Assembly: GCA_037310415.1 (NCBI GenBank)
Contig: CP147780.1
Location: 1,056,001 to 1,120,000 of the forward strand
Length of the DNA: 64,000 bases
Source: Candidatus Atabeyarchaeum deiterrae
GTDB taxonomy: Archaea > Asgardarchaeota > Atabeyarchaeia > Atabeyarchaeales > Atabeyarchaeaceae
Direction: 5' to 3'
Within the stretch, counting starts at the first letter, position 1. The number at the start of each line of letters is the position of its first letter. The notes beneath the pieces are model-generated. The model did no database searches and was not told the origin of the DNA. It saw only the letters and a list, made by a program, of their open reading frames with translations. Of this stretch, positions 47,678 to 57,900 are shown piece by piece. Position numbers and translations under genes: made by a program.

Positions 47678-50539
47678 TTGGTTTTGAAATCTGTGGCTGA
47701 AAGAGACATCCATGTGGAACTTTACCGAATACTCAAGAACTTCATTGATGAAGAGAAGTTTTCTTCCATGGGAATAGAGTTTACGGGTGTGAAGTATGAA
47801 CCGACGGTCAATGGGAGACCGGACCTAGTTCTTGAGGTTATTGAGAAAGGTAAGAGGTTACCTCTGCTCGTTATTGAGACCAAGCGTAAGGTCCCTTTCA
47901 TAGATCGCAGGTTTGATCCGTATAGCAAGGACGTTGTAAAGCAGGCTTCTGGTTACGCTGTGACTATGGGCTCCCCCTATTTTGCCACGTGCAACGGAGA
48001 CGTCCTAGTACTATTCGACACTTTTACAGCTGGCGTGCCTCTCCCTGAAAGAAGGCTCAAGCAGTTCAAGGTTTCATTTGATAGAGACTTCGCTAAGGTC
48101 CTTCTTGAGGAACTGTGCAGATTTAGGGTGGGTAAGGGCAAGTGGCTTGAGCTCAATGATGTATTTGTGCTAAGGCTTAGAACATTCCATACCTTCGTGT
48201 CTTCCTTCATTTTGGATTCACTTAAAGAGCAACTTAAACTGGACTTGGGTTTCAAGGATAGGTATGTGTCTTGGCTTAGATCTCAATTTTTCGAGTTTTC
48301 CTCGGACACCAATGAGAAGATCGCTGAACAGTTCGCGTATATGCTCATGAACAGGTTAACTTTCTATAAGACGCTTGAGACACAGATTCCGGATCTGCCG
48401 AAGTTGAGAAAAATAGAGACTGAGGATCCGAAAGCGTTTTCTGACAAGCTCAGGGAGACTCTCGTTAAGACTTGCAAGAGTTTTGACTATGAGGCGGTTC
48501 TAAAACCGCACGATGTACTCGATCAAATACCGTTGCCAAGGAAGTTAGTATACGCTTTCAACGACCTTATTGAGGAATTGGAAACATATGACTTGTCGAA
48601 GATTGAAAGCGACGTTATCGGAAGGGTCTACGAGGAACTCATCCCTGACGAAGAGAGACACAGGCTCGGACAGTACTACACACCTCCGCCCATAGTTGAG
48701 TTGATCACCGAGATGTGCATTAGGTCGCCCAGAGACAGGGTTCTTGACCCAGCTTGCGGGAGCGGAGGATTCCTTGTTAAAGCATATCACAAACTCAAGG
48801 AACTTAAGAAAAGGGATAACCCAATTGCAGACGACGCAACACTTCATCGGGAGATCTTGGACGAGGTATACGGAGTGGACATTAACCCGTTCCCTGGGCA
48901 GCTTTCTGCAATCAATCTTGCTGTCAGAAACCTCAAGGTCAGGACAAAGGTGATAAACGTAACCATAAGCGACTTCTTTTCATCTAACCTTACGGGTGGC
49001 TACATACCTAAGGACTTCGATGCGGTGGTGGCGAACCCTCCCTATACGCGCCAAGAAGAGATGGATCGAAAGAAGGAGATCAGGGAGATAGCATTAATCT
49101 GCTCCGATGGCTCAAAGATTGATATGGATTCAAGGGCTGGGATCTTCGCCTACTTCTTTACCCATGGTGCGAATTTCTTGAGGAATCATGGTATGATGGG
49201 GCAGATAACGTCTGACACTTGGCTCGATGTCGGCTTCGGGGAAGACTTAAAGAGATTCTTTCTGGACCACTTCAAAATAGACAGCGTTATTTGGTATGAC
49301 ATTCGAGCGTTTGAGAAAGCCCTCGTGGGAACATGTGTAACAACCTTGCAGAAGGAGGAGTCTAAGAAGAATAGAGAGGATAACGTAGTCAGATTTGTCA
49401 GGATTAAGAAATCCATGCCGACAGGAGCCATAGTCGAAAAGATCCAAACATCAGAGAAGGACTTCGAAGATGATCGCATCGGAGTAACGCTCAGGAGGCA
49501 AAGGGAACTAAGACCTGAGGACAAATGGGGAATAATACTTAGAGCTCCGACGATATATTATAGGATTCTGGGGAGTGAGAAAGTAGCCAAACTTGGTGAG
49601 ATCGCTTCGGTGAAGCGCGGTATCACAAGTGGTGCAAACGAGTTTTTCTACCTTGACAGAGGAAAGGTAAAACTCTGGTCTATAGAGAGAAAGTACTTGA
49701 AACCTATTGTAGTCTCTCCAAAGGAGAAGAAAATCCAAGTTAGGCCTGAGGATATTACCGAATGGGCTTTAATGGTCAACAAATCAAAAGATGAGCTCTC
49801 GCAGGAAGGGGCTAACGTACTGAAATACATTCGCTGGGGGGAAGAGCAGGAACCTGCCATCAAGGGCGGGAAGAGAGACGGTTCTACTGTAAAAGGCTAC
49901 CACAAACTGACTACTGTGAGCTACCATGACCCATGGTTCTATATTGGGGAACGCGAACCAGCACCCATACTACGAAGCAGAAGAATCTGGGAACGATGCA
50001 TCTATCTGCTGAATGAGGCTAACGCATTAGCAAACGATTCTCTGTTCGAGATACGTCCCAATGATGAAGGTGACGTGACCGTCCTCGCTGGTATACTCAA
50101 TTCCTCGATTACAGCTCTTGCTTCAGAGCTTGAAGGTCGTTTCTACGGTGGGGGCATCCTCGAACTCGAGGTTTACGAGACCAAAGCTATGACGGTTGTT
50201 GATCCAGGTAGGTTATCATCAGGAGAGAGGAGGCGAATTGAAGCTGCGTTTTCGAAGGTCTGTGAGGCTCAGAACAAAGGCAATGAGAAGATCGAGCGCG
50301 AAGCAAGATTACTCCTCGACTCGGTTGTTTTCGATGTTCTGGGACTAAAGGATAATGAAAGGACGCAGGTGTACGAGGGTATAGAACTACTTAGGACGAT
50401 GAGGATGGCGAGAAAAGATGTGGGGGTATTAGTTGAAACTGCGGAGAAGTGGGAGCCATGGAAACCAATGAAACTAAAGAGGACTGAGGATAAACCCTCA
50501 AAACGACTTGACGAATGGATGAGAAGGGAGGACTCGTGA
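47678..50539 (+). CDS. Type IIG fused restriction endonuclease/N6-adenine methyltransferase
   Basis: RPDLV..IETK..QA..YA nuclease; GQYYTP, DPACGSGGFL and NPPY; C-terminal TRD. Confidence 0.92.
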   Translation: MVLKSVAERDIHVELYRILKNFIDEEKFSSMGIEFTGVKYEPTVNGRPDLVLEVIEKGKRLPLLVIETKRKVPFIDRRFDPYSKDVVKQASGYAVTMGSPYFATCNGDVLVLFDTFTAGVPLPERRLKQFKVSFDRDFAKVLLEELCRFRVGKGKWLELNDVFVLRLRTFHTFVSSFILDSLKEQLKLDLGFKDRYVSWLRSQFFEFSSDTNEKIAEQFAYMLMNRLTFYKTLETQIPDLPKLRKIETEDPKAFSDKLRETLVKTCKSFDYEAVLKPHDVLDQIPLPRKLVYAFNDLIEELETYDLSKIESDVIGRVYEELIPDEERHRLGQYYTPPPIVELITEMCIRSPRDRVLDPACGSGGFLVKAYHKLKELKKRDNPIADDATLHREILDEVYGVDINPFPGQLSAINLAVRNLKVRTKVINVTISDFFSSNLTGGYIPKDFDAVVANPPYTRQEEMDRKKEIREIALICSDGSKIDMDSRAGIFAYFFTHGANFLRNHGMMGQITSDTWLDVGFGEDLKRFFLDHFKIDSVIWYDIRAFEKALVGTCVTTLQKEESKKNREDNVVRFVRIKKSMPTGAIVEKIQTSEKDFEDDRIGVTLRRQRELRPEDKWGIILRAPTIYYRILGSEKVAKLGEIASVKRGITSGANEFFYLDRGKVKLWSIERKYLKPIVVSPKEKKIQVRPEDITEWALMVNKSKDELSQEGANVLKYIRWGEEQEPAIKGGKRDGSTVKGYHKLTTVSYHDPWFYIGEREPAPILRSRRIWERCIYLLNEANALANDSLFEIRPNDEGDVTVLAGILNSSITALASELEGRFYGGGILELEVYETKAMTVVDPGRLSSGERRRIEAAFSKVCEAQNKGNEKIEREARLLLDSVVFDVLGLKDNERTQVYEGIELLRTMRMARKDVGVLVETAEKWEPWKPMKLKRTEDKPSKRLDEWMRREDS

Positions 50540-51354
50540 TGTCACTAGTGAAGGAAACGCCTGAGGTAAGAAGCTGGATCTACGATACTCTTGAGGAGAG
50601 CAGATTACGATTGCCCCGGTTGGAGGGTTTCTCGGTTCGAGAAAAGAGGGTGACGGCGCTATTCGAAAGATTAAAATCGAGTATAGATGTCGAAAATTGG
50701 TCGGAAGAGGACATTGGTGACTGGCTGAATAATAAGGATGTCGAAGATAGCATTGACAGACTCATTCTCGCTGCTAATCTGGGAGTCCCTCTATACATCG
50801 TTCTCTGGTGTGACGAGGTACAGAAATTTCGGGTTCTCTCAGTGAGAATTGTCAAAGGAGAAGGAAAGGTCTTCACGAAAGACGAAAAGCTGTTCAAGTC
50901 ATTGGATGAGTTTGCACAATGGTTGGCTACTCTAAAGGGGATGCAGGTTTCGAAGAAATATAGAGAGAAAGAACGCCTGTCGGCTGTCGATAATTGGCTT
51001 AGAAAGAAGAAGATTCCTTGGCCGGGTAACTTGGACGGTTTCTTGGTGAATCGGAAGAAAGAGAAAGTCTTGGCTTTGTTCGAGGTAAGAAGGACACGCG
51101 TCAAGTCTGTACGAAAGCATGAACTGAATGATTTCTTCTATGACGATATGCAAGGCTGGGTAGCTCTCGATATCCTGAGAAAGCAATTGGATGTCCCGTT
51201 GTACATTATTACTTGGTCGAGCGATGAGACGCTACTGAAAATCCAAAAACTATTAAGGGTAACAAACACGGGGCTGGATCGCGGTGAAGAAGTGTTTATA
51301 GATGAGGGAAAGGTTGTACGCTGGTTTCTGCAGTCAATTTGGAAAGAGCAATGA
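50539..51354 (+). CDS. Putative PD-(D/E)XK-fold nuclease translationally coupled to the type IIG gene
   Basis: TGATG overlap; PGNLDGFL..LFEVRR. Confidence 0.6.
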   Translation: MSLVKETPEVRSWIYDTLEESRLRLPRLEGFSVREKRVTALFERLKSSIDVENWSEEDIGDWLNNKDVEDSIDRLILAANLGVPLYIVLWCDEVQKFRVLSVRIVKGEGKVFTKDEKLFKSLDEFAQWLATLKGMQVSKKYREKERLSAVDNWLRKKKIPWPGNLDGFLVNRKKEKVLALFEVRRTRVKSVRKHELNDFFYDDMQGWVALDILRKQLDVPLYIITWSSDETLLKIQKLLRVTNTGLDRGEEVFIDEGKVVRWFLQSIWKEQ

Positions 51355-51375
51355 ACTCTTGTTCTCTGGGGGGAG

Positions 51376-54096
51376 ATGATGAGCGAGAAATACCTTATCT
51401 TCCTTGATATCATAGGGTTCCAAGATCTGCCTCGTGAAATAGCTCAGGCGACTCATGTGGAGGAGAAGAAGGTAAGATCTGACTTAATAGACACGATAGA
51501 GGAGCGACTATGCGCGATTGAGGAGAAGGGTGAGATCCTTGGCAAGACGTACCTAACTGATGACTGGATTCTTGTCACCGATTCTCTGGATCTGGCAATT
51601 AAGGTTGTATCCGAGGTCTTGGACCATAAAACTGGATACAAAGATTACCAAAGCATTCCCTTGGAAATTGGGATCGGTTCAGGCAACTATGATAGATGGG
51701 CAAAATTCGTCGGCAAAGATCTAATCTGCGAAGAGGATACAGTGAAGCTTCTCAAGACCGATATCATCAAGTACTATCATAGATGGTACGAGAAAACGCA
51801 TGGCTCAGAATTGAAATCAACTTTTGTTATTATTACACAGTCTATATATCAGGAAATGGAACCTCTGGACAGGAAAATGTGTCAGAATGTCCCCTATCTA
51901 ATTGACAGAGGCACAAAGAAGGAGAAAGAGACCATTGGTTTCTTTGTTGCCGATGTTAGTGGAATTACCCGAAGAGGCAAGGTTTTTGAATTTCTTGAGA
52001 AAATAGGTCGCAAAGGTAGTAAGCTCTACGATCGGATTGATTACTTGTATGTCCCTCCAGTTGAATATGATGCGATAAAGGAAACTTTGCAGAAGAACAA
52101 AGTTGTCTTCATTACTGGAACGCCAGAGTATGGCAAGACCTACACAGCTGTGAGGCTGTTGTGGGAGTATTTCAACATGACGTACGAACCAATATGGAGG
52201 GCTGGCGGAGAGAGGAGTGAAAGGACAGAAACTAGAAAAAGAATGGAAGACATAGGAAAGGAGTTGGTGCCACATCGCGTCATATACTTTGAAGACCCTT
52301 TTGGAAGCATGGAATACGAGGCAAGGGAGAGCTTGGAAAGAGATATCGGAGGGATAGTAGAGCTCGTTAGGAAAAATCAATTGGACGCGTATGTGATAAT
52401 AACATCTCGAGAAGAGGTGTTCAAAAGATTCAAGAATGAGAAAGTGCCTTTGACGGATCTCGGAGAGTTTGAGAAGAAACTTGGCATCAAGAGGCAATCT
52501 TACGACTACAAGCGGAGAAAGGACATGCTCATTAGGTGGGCTGAGGCGAAAGCATGCAAGTGGAGCGATGATACGAATCTGATGGAACTTGTCTTGAAGA
52601 GTTTAGAAAATCGTGCAGTTCTACCAACGCCATTGGGTATAAGGGATTTTGTCTTTTCAACAGTCGATGTGAAAGACAGCAGAAAACTGTTGGAGGATCT
52701 GAGGGTTAAGTCAGAGGAAACTGCGAAAGGCTTTGCCAAAGAGATCGAGAAAATGCCCTCCTACATGATGGCTTTCTTGATATATCCACTCGTCTCCTTC
52801 TTCAAAGTAGATGTGTTGAGAGTGCTATATAGAAGATTGGTAGAGGAAGTGGAAATGGAGGAGGAGCCTTGGACATTCGAGAATGTTCTTGGCTGGTTCA
52901 AAGATGACAAGATAGATGTCTCGGGTGAGGTTGTAATGTTCTCTCATCCTTCGTACGGTGAGGCTGTGAGGCAACTCTTGTCAAGAGAGGATCAACTTCC
53001 TCAGACCAGGAGAGATATCATTCACAAGATACCATTCATGGTGCTAGAACAAGCAGATTTTCAACCACGCGTAGCAGAATTTGTTGAAAGAGACTTCAGT
53101 TATCTTTCGAAGGATCTCCGAAATGGCTTGTTACTGAAACTGGGTGAGATCTGCAGAACCAAGAATGTCACTTCCATGCTTATTGCGGATCATGTTTCAA
53201 GAGCTATTGCGGGGAATTTCGGAAGCCTTCCTGATGAAGTTGGAAACATATTGTTTGAACTTTCCAAATACGACATAAGCAAGTGTTCTGTGGCTAGGTC
53301 CATCATTAGTAATTACAGTAACCTACCTGAATCTGTCCAAGTTCTCGTCTTCGACCTTTCTGGGGACAGTGTGAGTGCGAGCACAGTAGCAGATGCTATC
53401 GTTCAGAATTTCAATAATCTCCCAGAAAATGTCCAAGACCGGCTGTTCGAGCTTTGCAATAGCAAGATAATCTTATGGACCTCCGCAAGAAGCATTGTGA
53501 AAAACTTCGGTACACTCCCTAGTAGTGTTACTGATTTATTGTCTGAGCTTGCTGATGATGATGGTGATATTGCGGAAACCTATGCTGATGACGTGGCGAG
53601 GGCGATTGTAGAGGAGTTTGGAAGAGTTCCTGAGAATGTGAGATCGCTATTGTTCAGACTTTGTGACAAAGCCAAGACCAATATCGGAGTAGGTATGTCT
53701 ATCGTGTTTGACTTTGCCAATCTCCCTGATTCCGTAAAAGAATTGCTGTTCAAGCTCTCTGATGAGCCAAGAAATGCAGAATCCATAGCGTGGGCCATCG
53801 TGCTCTGTTTTGGCAACCTTCCTGACCGTGTCAGAAATTTGGTCTTCAAGCTGTGGTTGAAGATTGACAATACTGAAGATATCGAAGACTTGGCCCAGGC
53901 AATTATAATGATGTATTCTATTCTTCCAACTGATTTCAGAAACCTCTTGTTCAAACTCGCTGATTTCAGCCAGACTGCGTTAAGCAAGATAGAAAAGTTG
54001 GTGACTGACGATCGTAGCCTTCCTAATGATTTCAAGAGTGAGCTTCTTTCTAGCTTCTCCGAGAAGAGAAGGACATATCGCGAATCGGGACATTGA
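51376..54096 (+). CDS. Class III nucleotide cyclase-like domain plus STAND NTPase plus helical repeats (NLR-like)
   Basis: FLDIIGF..TDD..IGIGSG; ITGTPEYGKT, YFEDPFG and IITSR; about 10 C-terminal repeats. Confidence 0.8.
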   Translation: MMSEKYLIFLDIIGFQDLPREIAQATHVEEKKVRSDLIDTIEERLCAIEEKGEILGKTYLTDDWILVTDSLDLAIKVVSEVLDHKTGYKDYQSIPLEIGIGSGNYDRWAKFVGKDLICEEDTVKLLKTDIIKYYHRWYEKTHGSELKSTFVIITQSIYQEMEPLDRKMCQNVPYLIDRGTKKEKETIGFFVADVSGITRRGKVFEFLEKIGRKGSKLYDRIDYLYVPPVEYDAIKETLQKNKVVFITGTPEYGKTYTAVRLLWEYFNMTYEPIWRAGGERSERTETRKRMEDIGKELVPHRVIYFEDPFGSMEYEARESLERDIGGIVELVRKNQLDAYVIITSREEVFKRFKNEKVPLTDLGEFEKKLGIKRQSYDYKRRKDMLIRWAEAKACKWSDDTNLMELVLKSLENRAVLPTPLGIRDFVFSTVDVKDSRKLLEDLRVKSEETAKGFAKEIEKMPSYMMAFLIYPLVSFFKVDVLRVLYRRLVEEVEMEEEPWTFENVLGWFKDDKIDVSGEVVMFSHPSYGEAVRQLLSREDQLPQTRRDIIHKIPFMVLEQADFQPRVAEFVERDFSYLSKDLRNGLLLKLGEICRTKNVTSMLIADHVSRAIAGNFGSLPDEVGNILFELSKYDISKCSVARSIISNYSNLPESVQVLVFDLSGDSVSASTVADAIVQNFNNLPENVQDRLFELCNSKIILWTSARSIVKNFGTLPSSVTDLLSELADDDGDIAETYADDVARAIVEEFGRVPENVRSLLFRLCDKAKTNIGVGMSIVFDFANLPDSVKELLFKLSDEPRNAESIAWAIVLCFGNLPDRVRNLVFKLWLKIDNTEDIEDLAQAIIMMYSILPTDFRNLLFKLADFSQTALSKIEKLVTDDRSLPNDFKSELLSSFSEKRRTYRESGH
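53071..54060 (+). repeat. About 10 coding tandem repeats of 33-39 aa (AIxxNFxxLPxxVxxLLFxL)
   Basis: AIAGNFGSLPDEVGNILFEL, AIVQNFNNLPENVQDRLFEL, AIVLCFGNLPDRVRNLVFKL and others. Confidence 0.85.
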
Positions 54097-54239
54097 CCAT
54101 ACTGATAGATCTTGAGGTGCTTTTCAGCCGCCAGTTGCGGAGCCGGTGGACTGCTCTGATGCGTAAAAGACTTTAAGCATTCCTAGGTAGAATCATGTTG
54201 AAAAAGGCTTGATTACTCCTTCTATGGCAGCATTGAAGT

Positions 54240-54701
54240 TTATTCCTGCGTGGCCGCCAGCTTTTTTCGCATAAATGACTCGTACTCCACAGCTGTCAGA
54301 TACTGCCCAGCCATTGTGATTGGCTTATGGTATGCAACCGGTTCCGAGTACTTCCTTAGTTCGTTTAGCACCAGCGTTAGTACTTCCTTTGATGGGGCTC
54401 GCGTAGGCGAGTTCTTGACATAGGCAAGGAACTCGGCTTCGCTCAGAAAGAGCTTCTCCCTATACCTAGTGATAACGCTGTCAGGGGTCAGAAACTCAAC
54501 TCTCACGATAGTGCCTTCGCCGACCAGCTTTTTTGTTCCTCTAGATGCATAGAATATGACCTTGTTCTTTGGTCGTAATCTGGTGAAGTTGCGAGGAAGG
54601 AACTTGGCGAAAACCTTGGTTCCTCCATCGAAAAGCCTGTCAATGAGGCGGTCTGGGACTGGATATATTACTCCAACTATACGATGCATCGCGCTCTCCA
54701 A
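54240..54701 (-). CDS. DUF365 / PUA(EVE/ASCH)-like domain protein
   Basis: GVIYPVP..IDRLF..KVIFYAS..LVGEGTI..TMAGQYLT. Confidence 0.75.
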   Translation of the reverse strand: MESAMHRIVGVIYPVPDRLIDRLFDGGTKVFAKFLPRNFTRLRPKNKVIFYASRGTKKLVGEGTIVRVEFLTPDSVITRYREKLFLSEAEFLAYVKNSPTRAPSKEVLTLVLNELRKYSEPVAYHKPITMAGQYLTAVEYESFMRKKLAATQE

Positions 54702-54936
54702 GGACTTTTCGATTCCTCCAGATGATTATTGGCGAGGTGAAAGATGAACTGATGAATCCATGTTGGCGTTTTCTTGGCCCTGTCGAATGGAAGGCTTCCA
54801 CCGATATTAGGTCAACTCGATCAATTAAGCATTGTCTCATGATTTCTCTAGGTCAAGGAGCGAGGAGGAGATAGCTGGGGGTTTTTAGTGCCTCGTTGGG
54901 AACATACTCAAGTAGTGGCTTCGAGGATGAAGACTC

Positions 54937-57900
54937 TTGGGGTTAGAGAATCGTGTGAAGTTTCGTTGGCTTGCTTGGAGAAAGAGGGTTGTTGTTGTTC
55001 TATTTGTCGGTGTTATGGCCCTCCTCTTGCTGTTGAGATTCTTCGGTGAAGCGATATCGAGGGCTCTCTCTTCTGTACTTCCTAGTGCCGTTTCAATTTT
55101 TGCTCAACTCATCGCACCCACTATCATTGCCAGCTTCATGATCTTTTTAGTCGTTTTCGTTAGAAGAGGTTCAGGATTGTTCCTCCGCCGGAAGCGAACC
55201 TATAATATTGGCGGCCTCGCTATATCGGCTCTTGAGTTGCTGAGTGTTCCCAGTGAAAGTGTCAGGCAACGGGTTAGAGGCGCCGTATCGAGAGACGAAC
55301 AAGAGGATGGTGCTGCGGTGAGCGATGAGAGGCAGTACCAGTTCAGTCACCTAGCAAGTTTGTTTGAGAAGAATGGGTCTAAACGTGTAGGAAATGGTGG
55401 AGGCTTGGGATACGAGATCCACTTCAAGAACGGACTCATAGGCGTGGATTTCGTGGTGACTGGTCAGGACACAGAGGAGTGTAAAAGAAGAAGGGAGCAG
55501 ATTGAGGCAAGTTTGCTGAGTAAGTTTCCTGTTCAACTCATGGAGGTGAGAAGAGAACATCTCGTGGACCTTGCGTTGATGGGGTTCGTGGAGAAAGCTA
55601 ACTACAGAGGAACGGTTGAAGTTCTGGCAGTAGACAACAGAATCGCCCAGGTTGTCTCTGGTGGGCGATCCCGCTATCTTGGGGTCGTCGCTCTCATGGG
55701 TCGCCCCGAGATGAGCGCCCACGAACAGCGTTGTCAGATTGACCAGTTCATAACTGGTATTAACAGCGCATTGAGGTTTGGTCGCGGCGGTGAAGAGAGA
55801 GGTGAAGTGCGCTTTGTTGTCTCATTTGAGGCTTCAAACCCTCCTAAGCACCCCAGTGATGCGTCGTTGAGGGAGAAGTTGCGGGAGAAGCCCGATGTAA
55901 GGTTGAGTCTGGCACGAAAAAAGGTTGAAGTTGAGGCAATGGAGATTGAGTTCGGTCAGCGCGTAGGATGGTGGAAGGTCTCCACATATGTAGTCGTGGT
56001 GAGCGACAGCCTTGGCCTTGTCAAGCAGAAGCTTGAGTCGGTAAGAAGTGTCTTGAGAAGTGTTTGGAGTGGCAGCCACTTCTCGCCAGTTAGCAGTTTT
56101 CTTCATGGTAAAGAGATTGTAGCGTACCTTCCCCGTATCATGCGGAGAGTTCTCCTTCCAAGGAGATACGTGACCGGGATGAGCAGCCTAAGATTGAGTT
56201 CTCTGGTTCACATACCCGAGGAGCCGCATCCGCCTCTGACTAGGATGACCGCGCCTCTCTTTGAGGCACCTGACCCGTCAGTGATTATCGGCAGCAACCA
56301 TGTTGACGTTATCACGCTGGGGGATGTTCTCAATTCTACTGGTGGAGCGTTGTACCCCCTAACTGTTCCCGTGCGTGTGTTAGGCACTCACGCTGTTGTG
56401 TTCGGCGAGACAGGTTCAGGGAAAACCTGCCATATTATCAGTTTGTTATGGGATATGACTGGAGGAAACGAGGCTAATGGGGCTGAAAATGAGCTTGGCT
56501 CCCGTATTCCCTTTCTCGTACTCGATCAGAAAGGAGAGTACCGCTGCCTCATTCGACCTGAGAGGGGAATAATCTATTTCTTGCCTGGGTCTCGCCTTGC
56601 TCCCCTTTTGATAAACTTGTTCGACCCCCAAGGTGATGAGCCTGAGAGTCACGCGAAGCGCATTTTCAACATTATCAGGGAGATCTTATTCACAAACCGA
56701 ACTGAACTCACTCCGCAGATGGAGCGCGTGCTCTACGATGTTCTCAGTATGTCTATTGGGGGCGACTGGGACAAGTTTAACGCGAATCTAGCAGAGTATC
56801 TTACTCTGCACGGAGAAGAGTTGCCTCAACTAGGCGCGACTATCCAAGGGATACTTAACAGAGTGGGGCAGTTCACTCGACCACCCCTCTCCCAAGTGTT
56901 CAACTGCAGAGAAAGCAACGTGAACTTCAACCACCTTGTCCAGCGCAACGCCATAATTGATCTTAGTGAACTTCGAAGGCAGGGCACGCCTGAAGATGTT
57001 CGGTTGCTAGCCAACATCATTGGCAAGTATGTTAGCGTTGCGTCGTTGAACAGGGGCCCTGACTTCAGTGGTCAGCTGAGACACCTGTTCGTTGTGGACG
57101 ATGCCCTCGATGTGGTGCCTGAGGTGCTTGCGAAGAAGACTACCGCCGACGTGGGAACAATCGAGTACATGGCTATGCTTCTTCGAGCGACGGGTCAAGG
57201 CTTGATCGTGGTGTCGCAAAGACCTAACATAGCAGAGAACGTGATCGGGAACAGCGGTGTAAAGTTGTTCTTCAGGACCGTGGTGGACAGTAGGGATGTG
57301 GCTGCTTGGATAAACCTGTCCGAGGAGCAGCAAGCATACCTTAAGGTGTTGCCGAGGCAGGAAGCGATCATCATGGTTCCCCAGCACCCTGCGCCGATGC
57401 GGATTCGGGTCCAAGATGTCAGCACCTTCGTAAGTAGAAAGGTTACCGATCGCGACATAACTGTTAACAACATGATCAACTACCCGCTCATGTATGACAT
57501 GTGGGGAGAAGAGGTGGGAAGGCAAAGCAGTGAAAATAAGCTGGAGCCATCGCGGTTGCACAGTGGGGAGAACTCACTCTTGGAAAGTGAAACAGTCGGG
57601 GTCAAAACGGCAGAAGCAGTCTTGGAAGAGGAATGCGTTGGGAAAGCGACGAAAGGGGAGGACGGTGACGAATGCGAGGAAGATAAGGTTTGCAGGCTAA
57701 ATGCAGATAGCCGTGAGGCTTGGGGAAAACTAAGCCCATGTCTAGCGGACGGACTTGCCGTTGACAGCGAGTTTGTTTCCCGTATTCTCGGCGTGTCGTC
57801 GAAGGTTGCTCACCGCATGATGCTCATGCTCAAATCCGCCGGTCTAATTGTGGTTGCGAAGATACCCAACTACGCATACGGTAAGGGTTTCCAGTACGCG

